A stretch of DNA of 64,000 bases from Amoebophrya sp. A120. Its lineage: Eukaryota > Protista > Dinoflagellata. Each line of letters starts with the position of its first letter. Position 1 is the first letter of the stretch. A model generated the notes under the pieces. It was not told where the DNA came from and did not search any database. It saw only the letters and a program-made list of their open reading frames with translations. Location: NCBI GenBank assembly GCA_905178155.1, contig CAJINV010000011.1, positions 2,101,503-2,165,502 on the forward strand. Direction: 5' to 3'. The position numbers and the translations under genes were made by a program. Shown here in pieces: positions 1-11,399 of this stretch.

Positions 1-1940
1 GGACTCGGTCCCCGCGTCATGACCTAGGGGCCAGCTTTGGGCGCTTCCCGGAAACTAACCGCACGGCCCAGGGGCATCAAAAGCCCTAGGTCAGCGCGGG
101 GGCCCGGTCCCCGCGTCATGACCTAGGGGCCAGCTATGGGCTCTTCCCGGAAACTAGCCGCACGGCCCACGGTCAATGCAAAAGCCCTAGGTCAGCGCGA
201 GGACTCGGTCCCCGCGTCATGACCTAGGGGCCAGCTTTGGGCGCTTCCCGGAAACTAACCGCACGGCCCAGGGGCATCAAAAGCCCTAGGTCAGCGCGGG
301 GGCCCGGTCCCCGCGTCATGACCTAGGGGCCAGCTATGGGCTCTTCCCGGAAACTAGCCGCACGGCCCACGGTCAATGCAAAAGCCCTAGGTCAGCGCGA
401 GGACTCGGTCCCCGCGTCATGACCTAGGGGCCAGCTTTGGGCGCTTCCCGGAAACTAACCGCACGGCCCAGGGGCATCAAAAGCCCTAGGTCAGCGCGGG
501 GGCCCGGTCCCCGCGTCATGACCTAGGGGCCAGCTATGGGCTCTTCCCGGAAACTAGCCGCACGGCCCACGGTCAATGCAAAAGCCCTAGGTCAGCGCGG
601 GGACTCGGTCCCCGCGTCATGACCTAGGGGCCAGCTTTGGGCGCTTCCCGGAAACTAACAGCACGGCCGAGGCGCGAAAGCCCTAGGTCAGCGCGGGGAC
701 TCGGTCCCCACGTCATGACCTAGGGGCAAGCTCTTGGCGCTCCCCGGGAACTAACCGCGCGGCCCAGGGACAACAGCCCTAGGGCAGCGCGGGGACTCGG
801 TCCCCGCGTCATGACCTAGGGGCCAGCTTTGGGCGCTTCCCGCAAACTAACCGCACGGCCCAGGGGCAAAGGCCCTAGGTCAGCGCGGGGACTCGGCCCC
901 CGCGTCATGACCTAGGGGCCAGCTTGGGCGCGCCCCGGGAACTAACCGCACGGCCCAGGGACAAAAGCCCTAGGTGAGCGCGGGGACTCGGTCCCCGCGC
1001 CATAACCTAGGGGCCAGCTTTGGGCGCTTCCCGGAAACTAACCGCATGGCCAAGGCGCAAAAGCCCTAGGTCAGCGCGGGGACTCGGTTCCCGCGTCATG
1101 ACCTAGGGGCCAGCTTTGGGCGCTTCCCGGAAACTAACCGCACGGCCCAGGGGCAAAAGCCCTAGGGCAGCGCGGGGACTCGGTCCCCGCGTCATGACCT
1201 AGGGGCCAGCTATGGTTGGGCTCTTCCCGGAAACTAGCCGCACGGCCCACGGGCATTGCATGCAATGCAAAAGCCCTAGGTCAGCGCGGGGACTCGGTCC
1301 CCGCGTCATGACCTAGGGGCCAGCTGTGGGCTCTTCCCGGAAACTAGCCGCACGGCCCACGGGCATGCAATGCAAAAGCCCTAGGTCAGCGCGGGGACTC
1401 GGTCCCCGCGTCATGACCTAGGGGCCAGCTTTGGGCGCTTCGCTTCCCGGTCGGAAACTAACCGCACGGCCCAGGGGCAATGCAAAAGCCCTAGGTCAGC
1501 GCGGGGGCCCGGTCCCCGCGTCATGACCTAGGGGCCAGCTTCGGGCGCTTCCCGGATGGAAACTAACCGCACGGCCCAAGGGCAATGCAAAAGCCCTAGG
1601 TCAGCGCGGGGACTCGGTCCCCGCGTCATGATCTAGGGGCCAGCTTTGGGCGCTCCCCGGAAACTATCTAACTGCACGGCCGAGGCGCAAAAGCCCTAGG
1701 TCAGCGCGGGGGCTCGGTCCCCGCGTCATGACCTAGGGGCCAGCTTTGGGCGCTTCCCGGAAACTAACCGCGCGGCCGAGGCGCAAAAGCCCTTCCTAGG
1801 TCAGCGCGGGGACTCGGTCCCCGCACCATGACCTAGGGGCCAGTTTTGGGCGCTTCCCGGAAACTAACCGCACGGCCCAGGGGCAAAGGCCCTAGGTCAG
1901 CGCGGGGACTCGGTCCCCGCGTCATGACCTAGGGGCCAGC
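1..1940. repeat. GC-rich tandem satellite, ~95-105 bp unit, ~20 copies, internal palindrome
   Basis: Unit GGACTCGGTCCCCGCGTCATGACCTAGGGGCCAGC...AAAGCCCTAGGTCAGCGCGG. A 200-bp dimer period is visible at 1, 201, 401, 601. Each unit contains the inverted repeat CCCTAGGTCA-GCGCGGGGAC-tcg-GTCCCCGCG-tca-TGACCTAGGG. Confidence 0.97.
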
Positions 1941-2177
1941 TACAAATCCGGCGCCAGTTTCTTCCTTTCATCTGTTCTCTTTGTTCGCGGTAGGCCAACG
2001 GGTCTAGTGTGGGCAAACAGAGGGGCTCCGTCCGCAGATCTGTCGCGGATCAGGGGGCGCAGGCCACACAGAGACGCCGGGCTGCAGGGGCCTGCCTGCC
2101 CAGTGCCATCCACCACGGCCCCCGAACTCGTCCCAGACAAATGCCGGAAGGTCGCCGCACGGGGACTCTGTCCCCGT

Positions 2178-2375
2178 GCTCGGACCTTGTTTGTCATGCA
2201 AAATACCGAATCCACATCTTGCCTTTAAGCACTCGGCGCATGACAAGTTTTGGACGCCCAAACAGGACTACATTCCATGTGCGGATTTGTCATGCAAAAG
2301 CTACATTTGTGGCATTGCTTCTGTTGCTGCTCATGCTATACAAATGAGGGGGAGGGGGGGTTGTGCCCTTTCATA
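2178..2375. mobile_element. Truncated introner/MITE (family F4), right TIR only
   Basis: Right end CAAATGAGGGGGAGGGGGGGTTGTGCCCTTTCATA resembles the right end of 4786-5003. Internal TTTGTCATGC motifs are present. The left TIR is absent. Confidence 0.8.
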
Positions 2376-2817
2376 ACGAAAACAACAGCACCCCGAGCAC
2401 CAGCGGCCAGCTGAACCTTGACGGCTGCGCGGCCGCGACCATCCCCTTCCAGCTCCGCGCGCTCCGCTTGGCGTCCACCTCCACCCCCGCGGCGGCGGAA
2501 ACCCCGCGGGGCGAAGTCGGCGAGGCGCTGCTCTTACTCTGCTCGGCCACCGAGGGCAAGAACACGTTGCCGTCGTGGTCTTCATCTTCACGACCGGGGG
2601 CCGTCGTGGTATCAATCTTCAGCTTTACCCCCGCAGTCCCCGGCTGCGCGGAGTAGTCGTGCCGCAGAAGCGCGTCGTCCTCCCGGGCGGCCGGAGGCTG
2701 TATGCTCTGGTTTCGCATTTTGTTGAATTTTGAGTTCGTGTCCAAATCGTCTGTCTCGGCGTGGTCGTCAACGGCCGGAAGGTTCAGCTTCAGCCAGCGA
2801 AAACTACTCCCATGCAT
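2376..2817 (-). CDS. 5' exon of an unknown, possibly membrane, protein; 3' part not identifiable
   Basis: ORF with GC-rich codons ending in hydrophobic WPLVLGVLLFS exactly at the introner boundary (2375). No downstream exon is recognisable before the satellite. Confidence 0.5.
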
Positions 2818-3868
2818 AAAACAGAGGATCTACAAGAACTTCGCCTACATTTATTCACAGGCGCAGGATGAAAACAAGGGAGAGGGATCAACTATGTTTG
2901 TGATTCTAATTGTAAGTACATCAACAGGGTAGTTGTGATTCACACGACCACAAACGATGGGACACAACATCAAGCCTGTATGTTTATTAACCCATTAGCT
3001 TTCGGCTTGCCGGTCGCGAATTGACTTCTTACCATAGTGTTACATAAGTCCTAGACTCACGAAGTTCACGAATTGTCTTTCTTCCGAGAGAAGAGCAGAG
3101 AAGTACGACTTTTAATCATGTCCCTATGTTGCTCGATGCACGAAAGTCGGTGACGGACGGTACGTGTGTAAGCGAAAACTTTTGCACGGAACCGATGTTA
3201 TGCTCTATGTGCTAATCCAATGGCAATGAACCGATAAGTACCGATATAATTCTTGACAAACGAGATATGACTGTACCCGAGCGGGAGTTGTGAGTACGTA
3301 TCTACGGTGGAGAAGGCGAGAGACCGAGCAACAGGCGAGGCTTAGAGCAACCGATGGACGAAAGTTTTCATCCGTTAGTGGATCGAAACGAAATCATTCA
3401 GGACGTGACCGACCCTTCACTTTTGTTCTCAAGGCAGCGCCAGCGGCCAGGGGAAAACTACGAAATCGAAACTCGTAGCAGCTTTTCAATCGAGTTGCAA
3501 AACGCGCTAGCTTCCCGAAAAGTTCTGTACATGTATTCTGGTCGATTGGCCGCCGTGCGAGCAAGTGCTAGAACGGCGGCACAGCACAAGAAGTACTATA
3601 GAACAAACAAGCAAGTGCTGTGATTCGTGACTCCCTTTCTTGCGCATTGAAACAACTATTCACCTACGAACCGCAACAGTGCAGACCCGCGGAATTTGTT
3701 TGTCTGCGTGAAGATCATCTTGGGCCTCATTAAAGGAAAAGAACTATCGAGGCACAAACTCAGCACAGCATCCTTTCCCACAGGAATATAGATTTTTTTT
3801 TTCCAACCCGACAGGTGCAACTAGCCGTAAAATAAACGTCATATAATTCGTGCCTCAGCCCGCCCCTG

Positions 3869-6002
3869 TCAGAGTGGCTTGACTATCTGGCGAAAGGTGA
3901 GATTTATCCGCTCCTCCGCGACCTTTGCGCGCTTCGGGAGGCTGTGCTGCCACAAGTGCTGGATGGGTCCGTACATCAGGAGTAAGCTCCCGGACTCTAG
4001 GGTAACCGCCGCTTTTTTCCCGTGGTCGGCAATTTTGCGGAACGAGCTATCCCGGCGTGGCAAAATGTTCTCACCCGATGCCCAATCCGATTGAAATAGC
4101 TACAAACGAAGAAGTTATAATTTGGTGCGTTGTGCATACGAAACTTGATCTTCCCGCCGTCGTGTGCTAAGCGGAGACTCGCAAGTAGGGCCGCACTTCT
4201 CTTTGCACATTTATGTCGTATTAATATAGCGTTGTAATATTGGCCAGCACGTACTGACATCAAATTATAAAAGCAATGCTCACACAGCAGCACCGGGTGA
4301 GAACGTTACTTTGCCGCAGGATAGTGAAACTCGCGCGGAGCGCCGAAGGACACGGATGCGATGGTGGGGTTTTTGCCGTACACCGCCTCGTCGTCGCTGT
4401 GCCAGCCCTGATATTGCAAGGAAGAATACCCCCTCCGCATATCAAAACGGAAATCTGTGGTGCGGATTTGTGGTCACAAATCAGCTTTGTCATGCTAGAA
4501 GGGAAAAGATGCGGGCTGTAGTGCTGGGTCGCGTGGGAAAGCCTTGCATCGTCAGCATGAGAGGAGGCAGCTGGAAGTGGGAAACTGCATGACAAATTGC
4601 CTGCAAATGAGGCCACAGCTGCGGCTCTTGGCCTTCTAGCAATACAAGTCGATTTGTGTACTCAAATACAGCATCAGAAATTTCGTGTTCGATATGGGGA
4701 GGGGGGATTTTTCCTTTTGATACCTGACTGTCCGCTCCCGATCGGTACCGGTTTAACAGGACGCTGTTGAACGAGGCCGTCTCCGTATGAGAGTGCACAA
4801 CTCCCCCTCTCCCTCATTTGTAATGCAAAACCCCAAATGCCGTTGGTGTATTGTGGCAGTGTTTGCATGACGAATTCCGGAAGCCAAAGCACGCACGACA
4901 TTCGGTGCGTAAACTTGTCATGCACAGGCTCCAATTGTGTTGGTGTTTGTGATGCTGTTCATGCCATACAAATGAGGGGGAGGGGGAGTTGCGCACTCTC
5001 ATACTCAGGTACTAGCGGTGCTGCTGCTGGCTGCCCCCCAGGGGACTGCTTCACGTTCACATCGACTTTAATACTATTCTGCGCTGCAGAAGATATCAAA
5101 ACAGAACTCTTACCGCCCATAGTAGAAATACTGCCAGAACAACCAGAGCTCGTTCTTTGCGCACCAGATGAACTACAACTTCTTTCCCCCTCCATCCTCT
5201 CCAGTACGGTCTTTCTCAGCTCCTCCAGGATTGGCGGGAACAGCCGCGCGTGCAGCAGTCGCCCAGAGTATTTGTAGCTGTGGTCCCCAAAGTAGCAGGT
5301 CAATCGGGGCTCGGGAATCTCCTTCCCAAACAGCTTCACGCTCCCCTGCGCCCACGGCATCTGCTGCTGCAGCTTGCGCAAAAGCTCGTCTGGGTTCTCG
5401 AAGGCGCGCGGGAGGTACAGCACCGCTATTGTGAGCAAAAACGTCCCCGCCCCAGTGTCAAGATGGGGAATCTGCTAGACAAATCCACAATGACAAGTTT
5501 GGCCTCGGAGTGTGGTCCTGTTTGGTTAGTGCAGCAGCATCACAGATCTAGTATATCATGCTGAGACGAGCATCACAAATTTCAAAACACCGCTAGAAAA
5601 CGCTTCTCATGGGGCTGCTCCGCATGACAAACATTTTGTGCATGCAGATTTGCATCACAACTATGGAGTGGGAACGTTTCTACATAGGATATCCGCGCTC
5701 CCTTCCCCATCCAGGAGGAACACCTCGTTTGGAGGAATCGCCACGACTGCGCGAACAGAATCCTTCTGGCCGATCTTGCCCCGATCTTGCTTTCCTGCTC
5801 TCTTTTGCACCCCGCCCGGATTGACTGCTTGTGCCGCGGACGAGCTTGCTTTTGATGTCCTTGTTGGGAACGAGCCGCCCACCTGGAGGTTCTTTGTCGC
5901 GGCAGACTTAGGCTCATCTCCCGGAGCCTTCTTGCGCACGGTCGTACTCGGGCCCGGGAGGAGGGTTCCACTCGCGACTTTCCCGCCCCGTTTTGAGGTC
6001 AT
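3869..6002 (-). CDS. alkB: AlkB-family 2OG-Fe(II) dioxygenase (ALKBH2/3-like), 5 exons split by 4 introners
   Basis: Approximate exons 6002-5692, 5426-5004, 4785-4723, 4411-4324, 4047-3869. Spliced motifs: EPRLTCYFGD, FNSVLLNRYRSGADSQGWHSDDE (HxD), IASVSFGAPR, GSLLLM, WQHSLPK, RINLTFR. Confidence 0.93.
4048..4323. mobile_element. Old introner (F2-like), TSD eroded
   Basis: TATCCCGGCGTGGCAAAATGTTCTCACCCG ... CGGGTGAGAACGTTACTTTGCCGCAGGATA. Flanks CGAGC/GTGAA no longer match, but removing element+5 nt restores REFxFRK. Confidence 0.8.
4412..4722. mobile_element. Introner, family F3
   Basis: TATTGCAAGGAAGAATACCCCCTCC ... GGAGGGGGGATTTTTCCTTTTGATA; perfect TSD CCTGA. Confidence 0.95.
4786..5003. 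mobile_element. Introner, family F4
   Basis: TATGAGAGTGCACAACTCCCCCT ... AGGGGGAGTTGCGCACTCTCATA; TSD CTCCG/CTCAG. Confidence 0.93.
5427..5691. mobile_element. Introner, family F2
   Basis: TATTGTGAGCAAAAACGTCCCC ... GGGAACGTTTCTACATAGGATA; TSD ACCGC/TCCGC. Confidence 0.92.
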
Positions 6003-6698
6003 GTCTTGTTCTGGCAGGCAGGTAGGCTACTATAAGCAAAAGTGATCTAAAGTGTTTTCTTTTGACAAAAGCACAACACAACTACTTAGTACAGAGCCGT
6101 CGACGTGGCGTCTGCTGTCGCAGTCGCTGTGAAAGTCGAGCAATAAGCACTTATAGATCTACTTTTTGGGCACTGCAACGTTGCTGCTTCATTACAGTTT
6201 TGGTGTTATTACAGTTCTCATCTGCACGTAAGAGCGAAGTATCTACGTAAAAACGTAGTTGTAGAACAAACTTCTACTTCTCTACATCAAACACCGATTG
6301 CAAGTTACATCGCTGTCAATGACACGTCGAAACATAGAACAAGTACTGGAACTCTACTGTAGAATTCTCCACCTCTCGCGGGTCACTTAAGCGCGAGCCA
6401 GGGCACAAGGCTGCTTCGCTTCTTCTTCCAACCCACGCACGACGACCAAGAAGACAAAAATCTTCGTATCTGTACCTTTCATGTTTAAAACGCGATCATG
6501 AAATAGTTTTCATCTTAAACGGCTGATATTTATTTCACGTCTTTTTTCGCAGTGTCAAAGCCAAATTACTTATACGAGAGTTCTAAGCCATGATCCTAGT
6601 GTGTGTAATGTATGATATCCTGCTTGTTCTTTTGCCGCCCCGCAGTGCTGTCCACACACTCACATGCGCGTCCAGACACGCCGGTGAAAGTTTTTTAG

Positions 6699-8186
6699 TC
6701 AGTCTAGAATGCTCCGCAGATGGTCGCTGGAAGACCTCAGCCGTTCTTTCGCGTTCTTTAGGCGCACCGCCGTGTCGTTATCCGTTATCGTCTCCACGCC
6801 GAGGTGAAATCGATCCTCGAGCGATCTCGGCGGGTCCTCGTGGTCCTCTTCCGCGGACCTCTGGCGCTGCGGCGATCGGGACTCCCCAGGCCCCGACCCG
6901 TCCTCCGACGAACCTCCCTCCGCCACGCTTTCCAGCGTCGTCCCGGTGTTGGTCCGCTGGAGCGAGATGCCGCTTCCGGACCCGCTGCGGCGAGGCGGGC
7001 GCGCCTGGTGCTTCGCTGTGGCGGGAGAAAGGGTGTTTCCCGCGTGGGGTGATGACGTCGCTCCCTGTGGAGGTGGTCGTCCAAAACTTGCCGTGGAACA
7101 CGCCCTTGATCCAGGCGACCCTCGCTCCCCCGGGCGCCGAGGTGGGGACTCGCAGTCTAAAAACCCGACCTGATGTAGTTGACCCTCACGACCAGCGAAG
7201 GTGCGGCGGCCGCCGCCGTTCCCGAACAGGTTCAGGCGACAGGACCGTGGACAGCAGGCGCAACAACTACACGACCGCCCCGTCGAGGAGGCGCTGCCGC
7301 AGGTTTCGAAGGAGTCCCCCGAGTCGAAGCTGGTCGCGCGCTGTTCCTGTGCGGCCCCGAATGATCCTGCCGCCCCGTCCACAGTCGTCGCTCTGGTGCT
7401 GAAGGAGGCCGCGTGGTCAGGAGCGGGGGGATTAGTATCAGTGGGATCTTCATCGGAGGTACTAGTAGTCGCACTTCTTCCTCCACGACCATCAACTACT
7501 TCGACGGGCAGACACAACATTCCGCCGCGTGACATGTCTACAGCCATCGTGAACCGGCCCCACGGTACCGCCTCCGCGGTGGCCGCATTGGGGGAGTAGG
7601 ATTGCGCGGCCAACGGAGTCCGCAGCGAGTTCGGGCTCTGCGGATCCGCCGTCATCACGCAAGGGGTCGTGGGAGGTGCGGCGCGCACGAGGGACGACGA
7701 GGGTCCGGCGCCATTAGGCGCACCGTCGTCCGAGGGTGGTTCTACTGAGCCGGGTGAGCGTGGTGCGCTGGCCTTGCCACTTGTACCAGAAATTATTAGA
7801 CCTTGCTGGTCTCGGCTAATAGTACTATCCCCCTCCGTTCGCAGGAAGGCTGCATTGGGAACACCACTTCTACTCGTCGCGGCCGCACCCCAGAAAGAAC
7901 CTCCGTACGCCCCCAGCACCGGCCGGAATCCGTGGGCGACCGGAAGCCAGACTAACAAGGCCGCTGTTGACGTAGTCGCGAGTACCAGGATAGACTGTGC
8001 TGGCGCTGCAAATTTGTTTCGAACTCCGCGGCATGAAGATATCCTTCTAGGCGACATGTTTCTTGATATTCCGACTTCCTTCGACCTTATCATTTTCTCA
8101 CTGTGAATTTTGTATAAACTAGTTGTACGGCAGTCTCTTAGGGCCGAGCGCTCGGCGGTGGCGCCCACAGAGGAAGGGAAAAACAA
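6699..8186 (-). CDS. Hypothetical S/G/P-rich protein with an N-proximal hydrophobic segment
   Basis: Uninterrupted 495-codon ORF with hydrophobic ILVLATTSTAALLVWLPVAHG. True start uncertain (MIRS or MSPR). No recognised domain. Confidence 0.55.
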   Translation of the reverse strand: MFFPSSVGATAERSALRDCRTTSLYKIHSEKMIRSKEVGISRNMSPRRISSCRGVRNKFAAPAQSILVLATTSTAALLVWLPVAHGFRPVLGAYGGSFWGAAATSRSGVPNAAFLRTEGDSTISRDQQGLIISGTSGKASAPRSPGSVEPPSDDGAPNGAGPSSSLVRAAPPTTPCVMTADPQSPNSLRTPLAAQSYSPNAATAEAVPWGRFTMAVDMSRGGMLCLPVEVVDGRGGRSATTSTSDEDPTDTNPPAPDHAASFSTRATTVDGAAGSFGAAQEQRATSFDSGDSFETCGSASSTGRSCSCCACCPRSCRLNLFGNGGGRRTFAGREGQLHQVGFLDCESPPRRPGERGSPGSRACSTASFGRPPPQGATSSPHAGNTLSPATAKHQARPPRRSGSGSGISLQRTNTGTTLESVAEGGSSEDGSGPGESRSPQRQRSAEEDHEDPPRSLEDRFHLGVETITDNDTAVRLKNAKERLRSSSDHLRSILD

Positions 8187-9597
8187 AATAGTCCGCGAAT
8201 CTATGGTTTAGAAGAAAGTCAAAGTGTCACTACCGAAGGAAGACATACTGTGTTTCTAGGTCTACAGAAGACAGCGCACAAATCCTGCCACATGTCACGC
8301 TAAACAGGAGTGTCTTACAGCACGAGCTGCGACAGACAGAAACATAAAGATTACACAAACCACGGATTCAGGGCGGGATGCACGGGCTTCTTCTCCCTGG
8401 CAAGCAGGCATAAATGAAGGTCAGTCTCACGAAGACAAAGAGGATCTCGACCTAGATCTAGTAAAATTGACAGTGAGTAAGAAAAAGTGATCGCGGAAAA
8501 AAATCACACATGTTGTCCACGGCCGGATCCTATCAGAGATGAATGCTCCACATATAGTTCTGGATGCTGTATTCGAGCACACCCGTACTTTTTTCCACAT
8601 CGACAACAAACGAAGATGCTTCGCGGAAACACCAGCCACTGCTGCTGGTGCCACATTCAATTCCACCCCGAAGGATGTGTCAACAAACATTTTCATTTTA
8701 TATCAATCGTCTGCCGAACTGATTTTTCCGAGCTCCCGCTTGCACCCGCGACCACGGGCTTGGTCTGATTTCATCTCATCACAGCAGAAGAGTCTTACAC
8801 TCGCTTCCATGGTCGTCGCAAGGGCAAGTTCAGCAGCAGAAGAAGTCTTCCAATATGTCGAAAAAGACATTCTCACGAAGTAGGTTTCGATTGCGTCAGC
8901 GTCTGTCGTTGGTAGTACTACTAGCATGACAATCTACTCCACCATGGGGCCTGAGCTGCTTCCTTGCGAAAGAGCGGCGTCTGCGTCTCCCCCCCCAAAT
9001 TTCTACCTTCACGGCCCGCTTGCCCAAGGCGTTGCGCTCGCCGGGCTGCCATCCATCCGCTTCCACCCTGAAAGGAAAGTGCAAAAGGAACGAACGTCCA
9101 GCAACAAGCATCCGGGCGATGTAGAGCTCGCTGCAACTACCTTTGCAATGATCTCCCGTCCTGTCGACCACGTTGGACCCGCCGTATCTTTTCGTCTTCC
9201 GCAGCTCGCCATCTTCTATGCTTCACTACCGAGAAGAATCAATTATCCGGCGAATCCGGTCGTGACAACATACCAGCAGATCACGGAACAGTGCGTAGCT
9301 CGACGCGCATCTGCTCCCGCACTTTCTTCTCGCAACGCCAACGCAAGAACCGTTTGCACTTCCAAGTGTCGTCGTGCCAGGTCCCTGAAAATGTTGTTCC
9401 ATTAGCGGTGGAATAGTAGTTGCGGGTGAATTCATTATCGTAGCTTAGCTGGTGGAGTGGGGACGGGGAGGCAACGGCGAGAAGGACAGCTATCCCGACG
9501 TGTATGTAAGTACTTACTTCGAGTTCGACCTCCACCTGCACCTCCTAAAAATTGCCATCACGACAACTGCTCTTCGGACGCGACAGTCAGTCCGTCG

Positions 9598-10671
9598 TCA
9601 CCCGAGGGCCGCCTCCGCTGCCCCCGGCAGGGGTCCGTCCGGCGGGGGGTCCTTGCGCTGGAGATTTGTCGATCCCTTCCGCCGCAGGTCCGATACGACG
9701 TGCAGGGTTAGCAGCGGTGGAGTTTTCGACTGCTTCGGCGACGAGTCAGCGGCGGTGCACTGCAGGGGCCACGGGTTGGTTTGGTCCAACGCCCGCGGGT
9801 CGTCCAAGGGAACGGTGGCCTCGCCGACGAGCACGTCCCCTTTTTGCAGGTCCTCCTCCCATATGCATTCCAAAAATATATCTGGGTCTGGACACTTGTG
9901 TTGCTGAGACTTGCATTGCAGACTGGCTCCTTGGACGGCATAACCGCATGAGAAGTTTTCCTCAGCTTATTGCGGATTCATTCGCGTTTTAGCATTACAA
10001 ACTGAAACTCTTTCATCCAGCACGACAAAAATAAAAAAAGTGGCCCCCAATCGTATTCATGCATTACAGCTTTTCTTGCCCTTCAGATCTTGCATTACAG
10101 ATCCAGACCCAGACATATTTGCGATTCATATCCCACAAGGACACCAACACGACTGTCTGCGCTGCGTCGCTCGGCATTTGGATCTGGCAGTGAAAAACGC
10201 AGTCGCTGTATCCTGAGTAAAAACGTACCCACACCAGAGTTGTCATGCAGATTTGCCATGGCAGGAGCATTTGTGATGCGCAACCCCATGACAGGCATTT
10301 TCAATCGTGTTTGGGAACTTGTAATGCTGTAAACAGGATCAGCAGATCGATTTGTGATGCGGCTTTCCTTGCTAACTTGCACTACCTTACGGACTGAAGC
10401 TTGTCATGCGTGACTCCCAAAACTCATAGGTTTGTGTTGCAAAGTCCCCATCTTGACTCTGGTGTGGGTACGTTTTTAATCAGGATACGCTGCACCGCCC
10501 CGCACCCGGGTTCCCCTTCTGGCCCTGCGCGGGCTGGCGCCGGGCCGGCTGCTCGGCGGGCTCCGTGGGATACCGCGCCGTCACGTAGTATACGCGACTG
10601 GAGAAGAGGTCCGACGGAAGGATGTTCAGCGCCGAGTCGATGTTCAGCGTCAACTCCGAGAAAAACGGCAT
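9598..10671 (-). CDS. Small C2-domain-like protein, 3 exons split by 2 introners
   Basis: Exons 10671-10488, 10208-10131, 9861-9598. The splice gives VVLVSLWEEDLQKGDVLVGEATVPL, which resembles the C2 loop-3 signature (V-WD-D---D-FLGE--VPL). Confidence 0.75.
9862..10130. mobile_element. Introner, family F1
   Basis: TATGCATTCCAAAAATATATCTGGGTCTGGA ... TCCAGACCCAGACATATTTGCGATTCATA; perfect TSD TCCCA. Confidence 0.95.
10209..10487. mobile_element. Introner, family F2
   Basis: TATCCTGAGTAAAAACGTACCCACACCAGAGT ... ACTCTGGTGTGGGTACGTTTTTAATCAGGATA; perfect TSD CGCTG. Confidence 0.96.
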
Positions 10672-11399
10672 AGTGTTTTTTGAAGTCCTACCCGACTCCT
10701 GGAAGCTCCAGCACAGGTGGTAGGTCGGACGATCACCAGCTTCTATCTAATAGTGCGGCCGCCCCGTTGTAAGTACTTCACCTAAAGACCCGCTGCCCAC
10801 ACTGCGCAATAAACGTGCTCCCATTGATGTTCAAATACTGACGTAGATGTGTTGGAAGGAGCAGGCATCAACAAGCACTACTGACTTTTTCATCTCACCG
10901 GCACGACTAGTACGCATGACCACAACGACTGTCAGTACAATTTGTACCCGAAGATGCGCACGCAGTGAAAGAAGGCATGTAGTTCGTCCATGTTCACCTT
11001 TTCCTGCAAACCATTCTAACCATGTGGATCATCTTCTCCGTGCAAAATCCCCCTATTACCTGCACGAAATTCGTCCCGACGATGAAAAGAAGATGTGAAC
11101 ACAAGTGTGCAGCGGTTCTACTCCCTACTGCTCACCACAAACTACTACCTTGCAGTCCTCTGACCAAGTGTCCTGAGACTTGCTTTGATTTATCGACTTT
11201 TTTGAAAAAATTATGTCTTCCCTGGGTCAACTAGCACTCTGTGCTTGCTGTACGATGTCGTCAGTTTCTAGTACTACAGCTCTTAGGGGGTTCTTCAAAT
11301 GAATAAACCTAGGGTACTAGAAGAAGTAGTATCTATCCTGAAGGTACAGCACAATCCAACATGCATCTACTACTCCCGGAGTGCTGTGGTTTATCGTTC

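Noticed and set aside
1-1940. CRISPR array (palindromic repeat plus spacer periodicity)
   Set aside because: The 'spacers' are near-identical to each other, no cas genes are present and the context is eukaryotic.
8200-9590. Short ORFs between the hypothetical gene and the C2 gene
   Set aside because: No codon bias, motif or consistent splice pattern that I could support.
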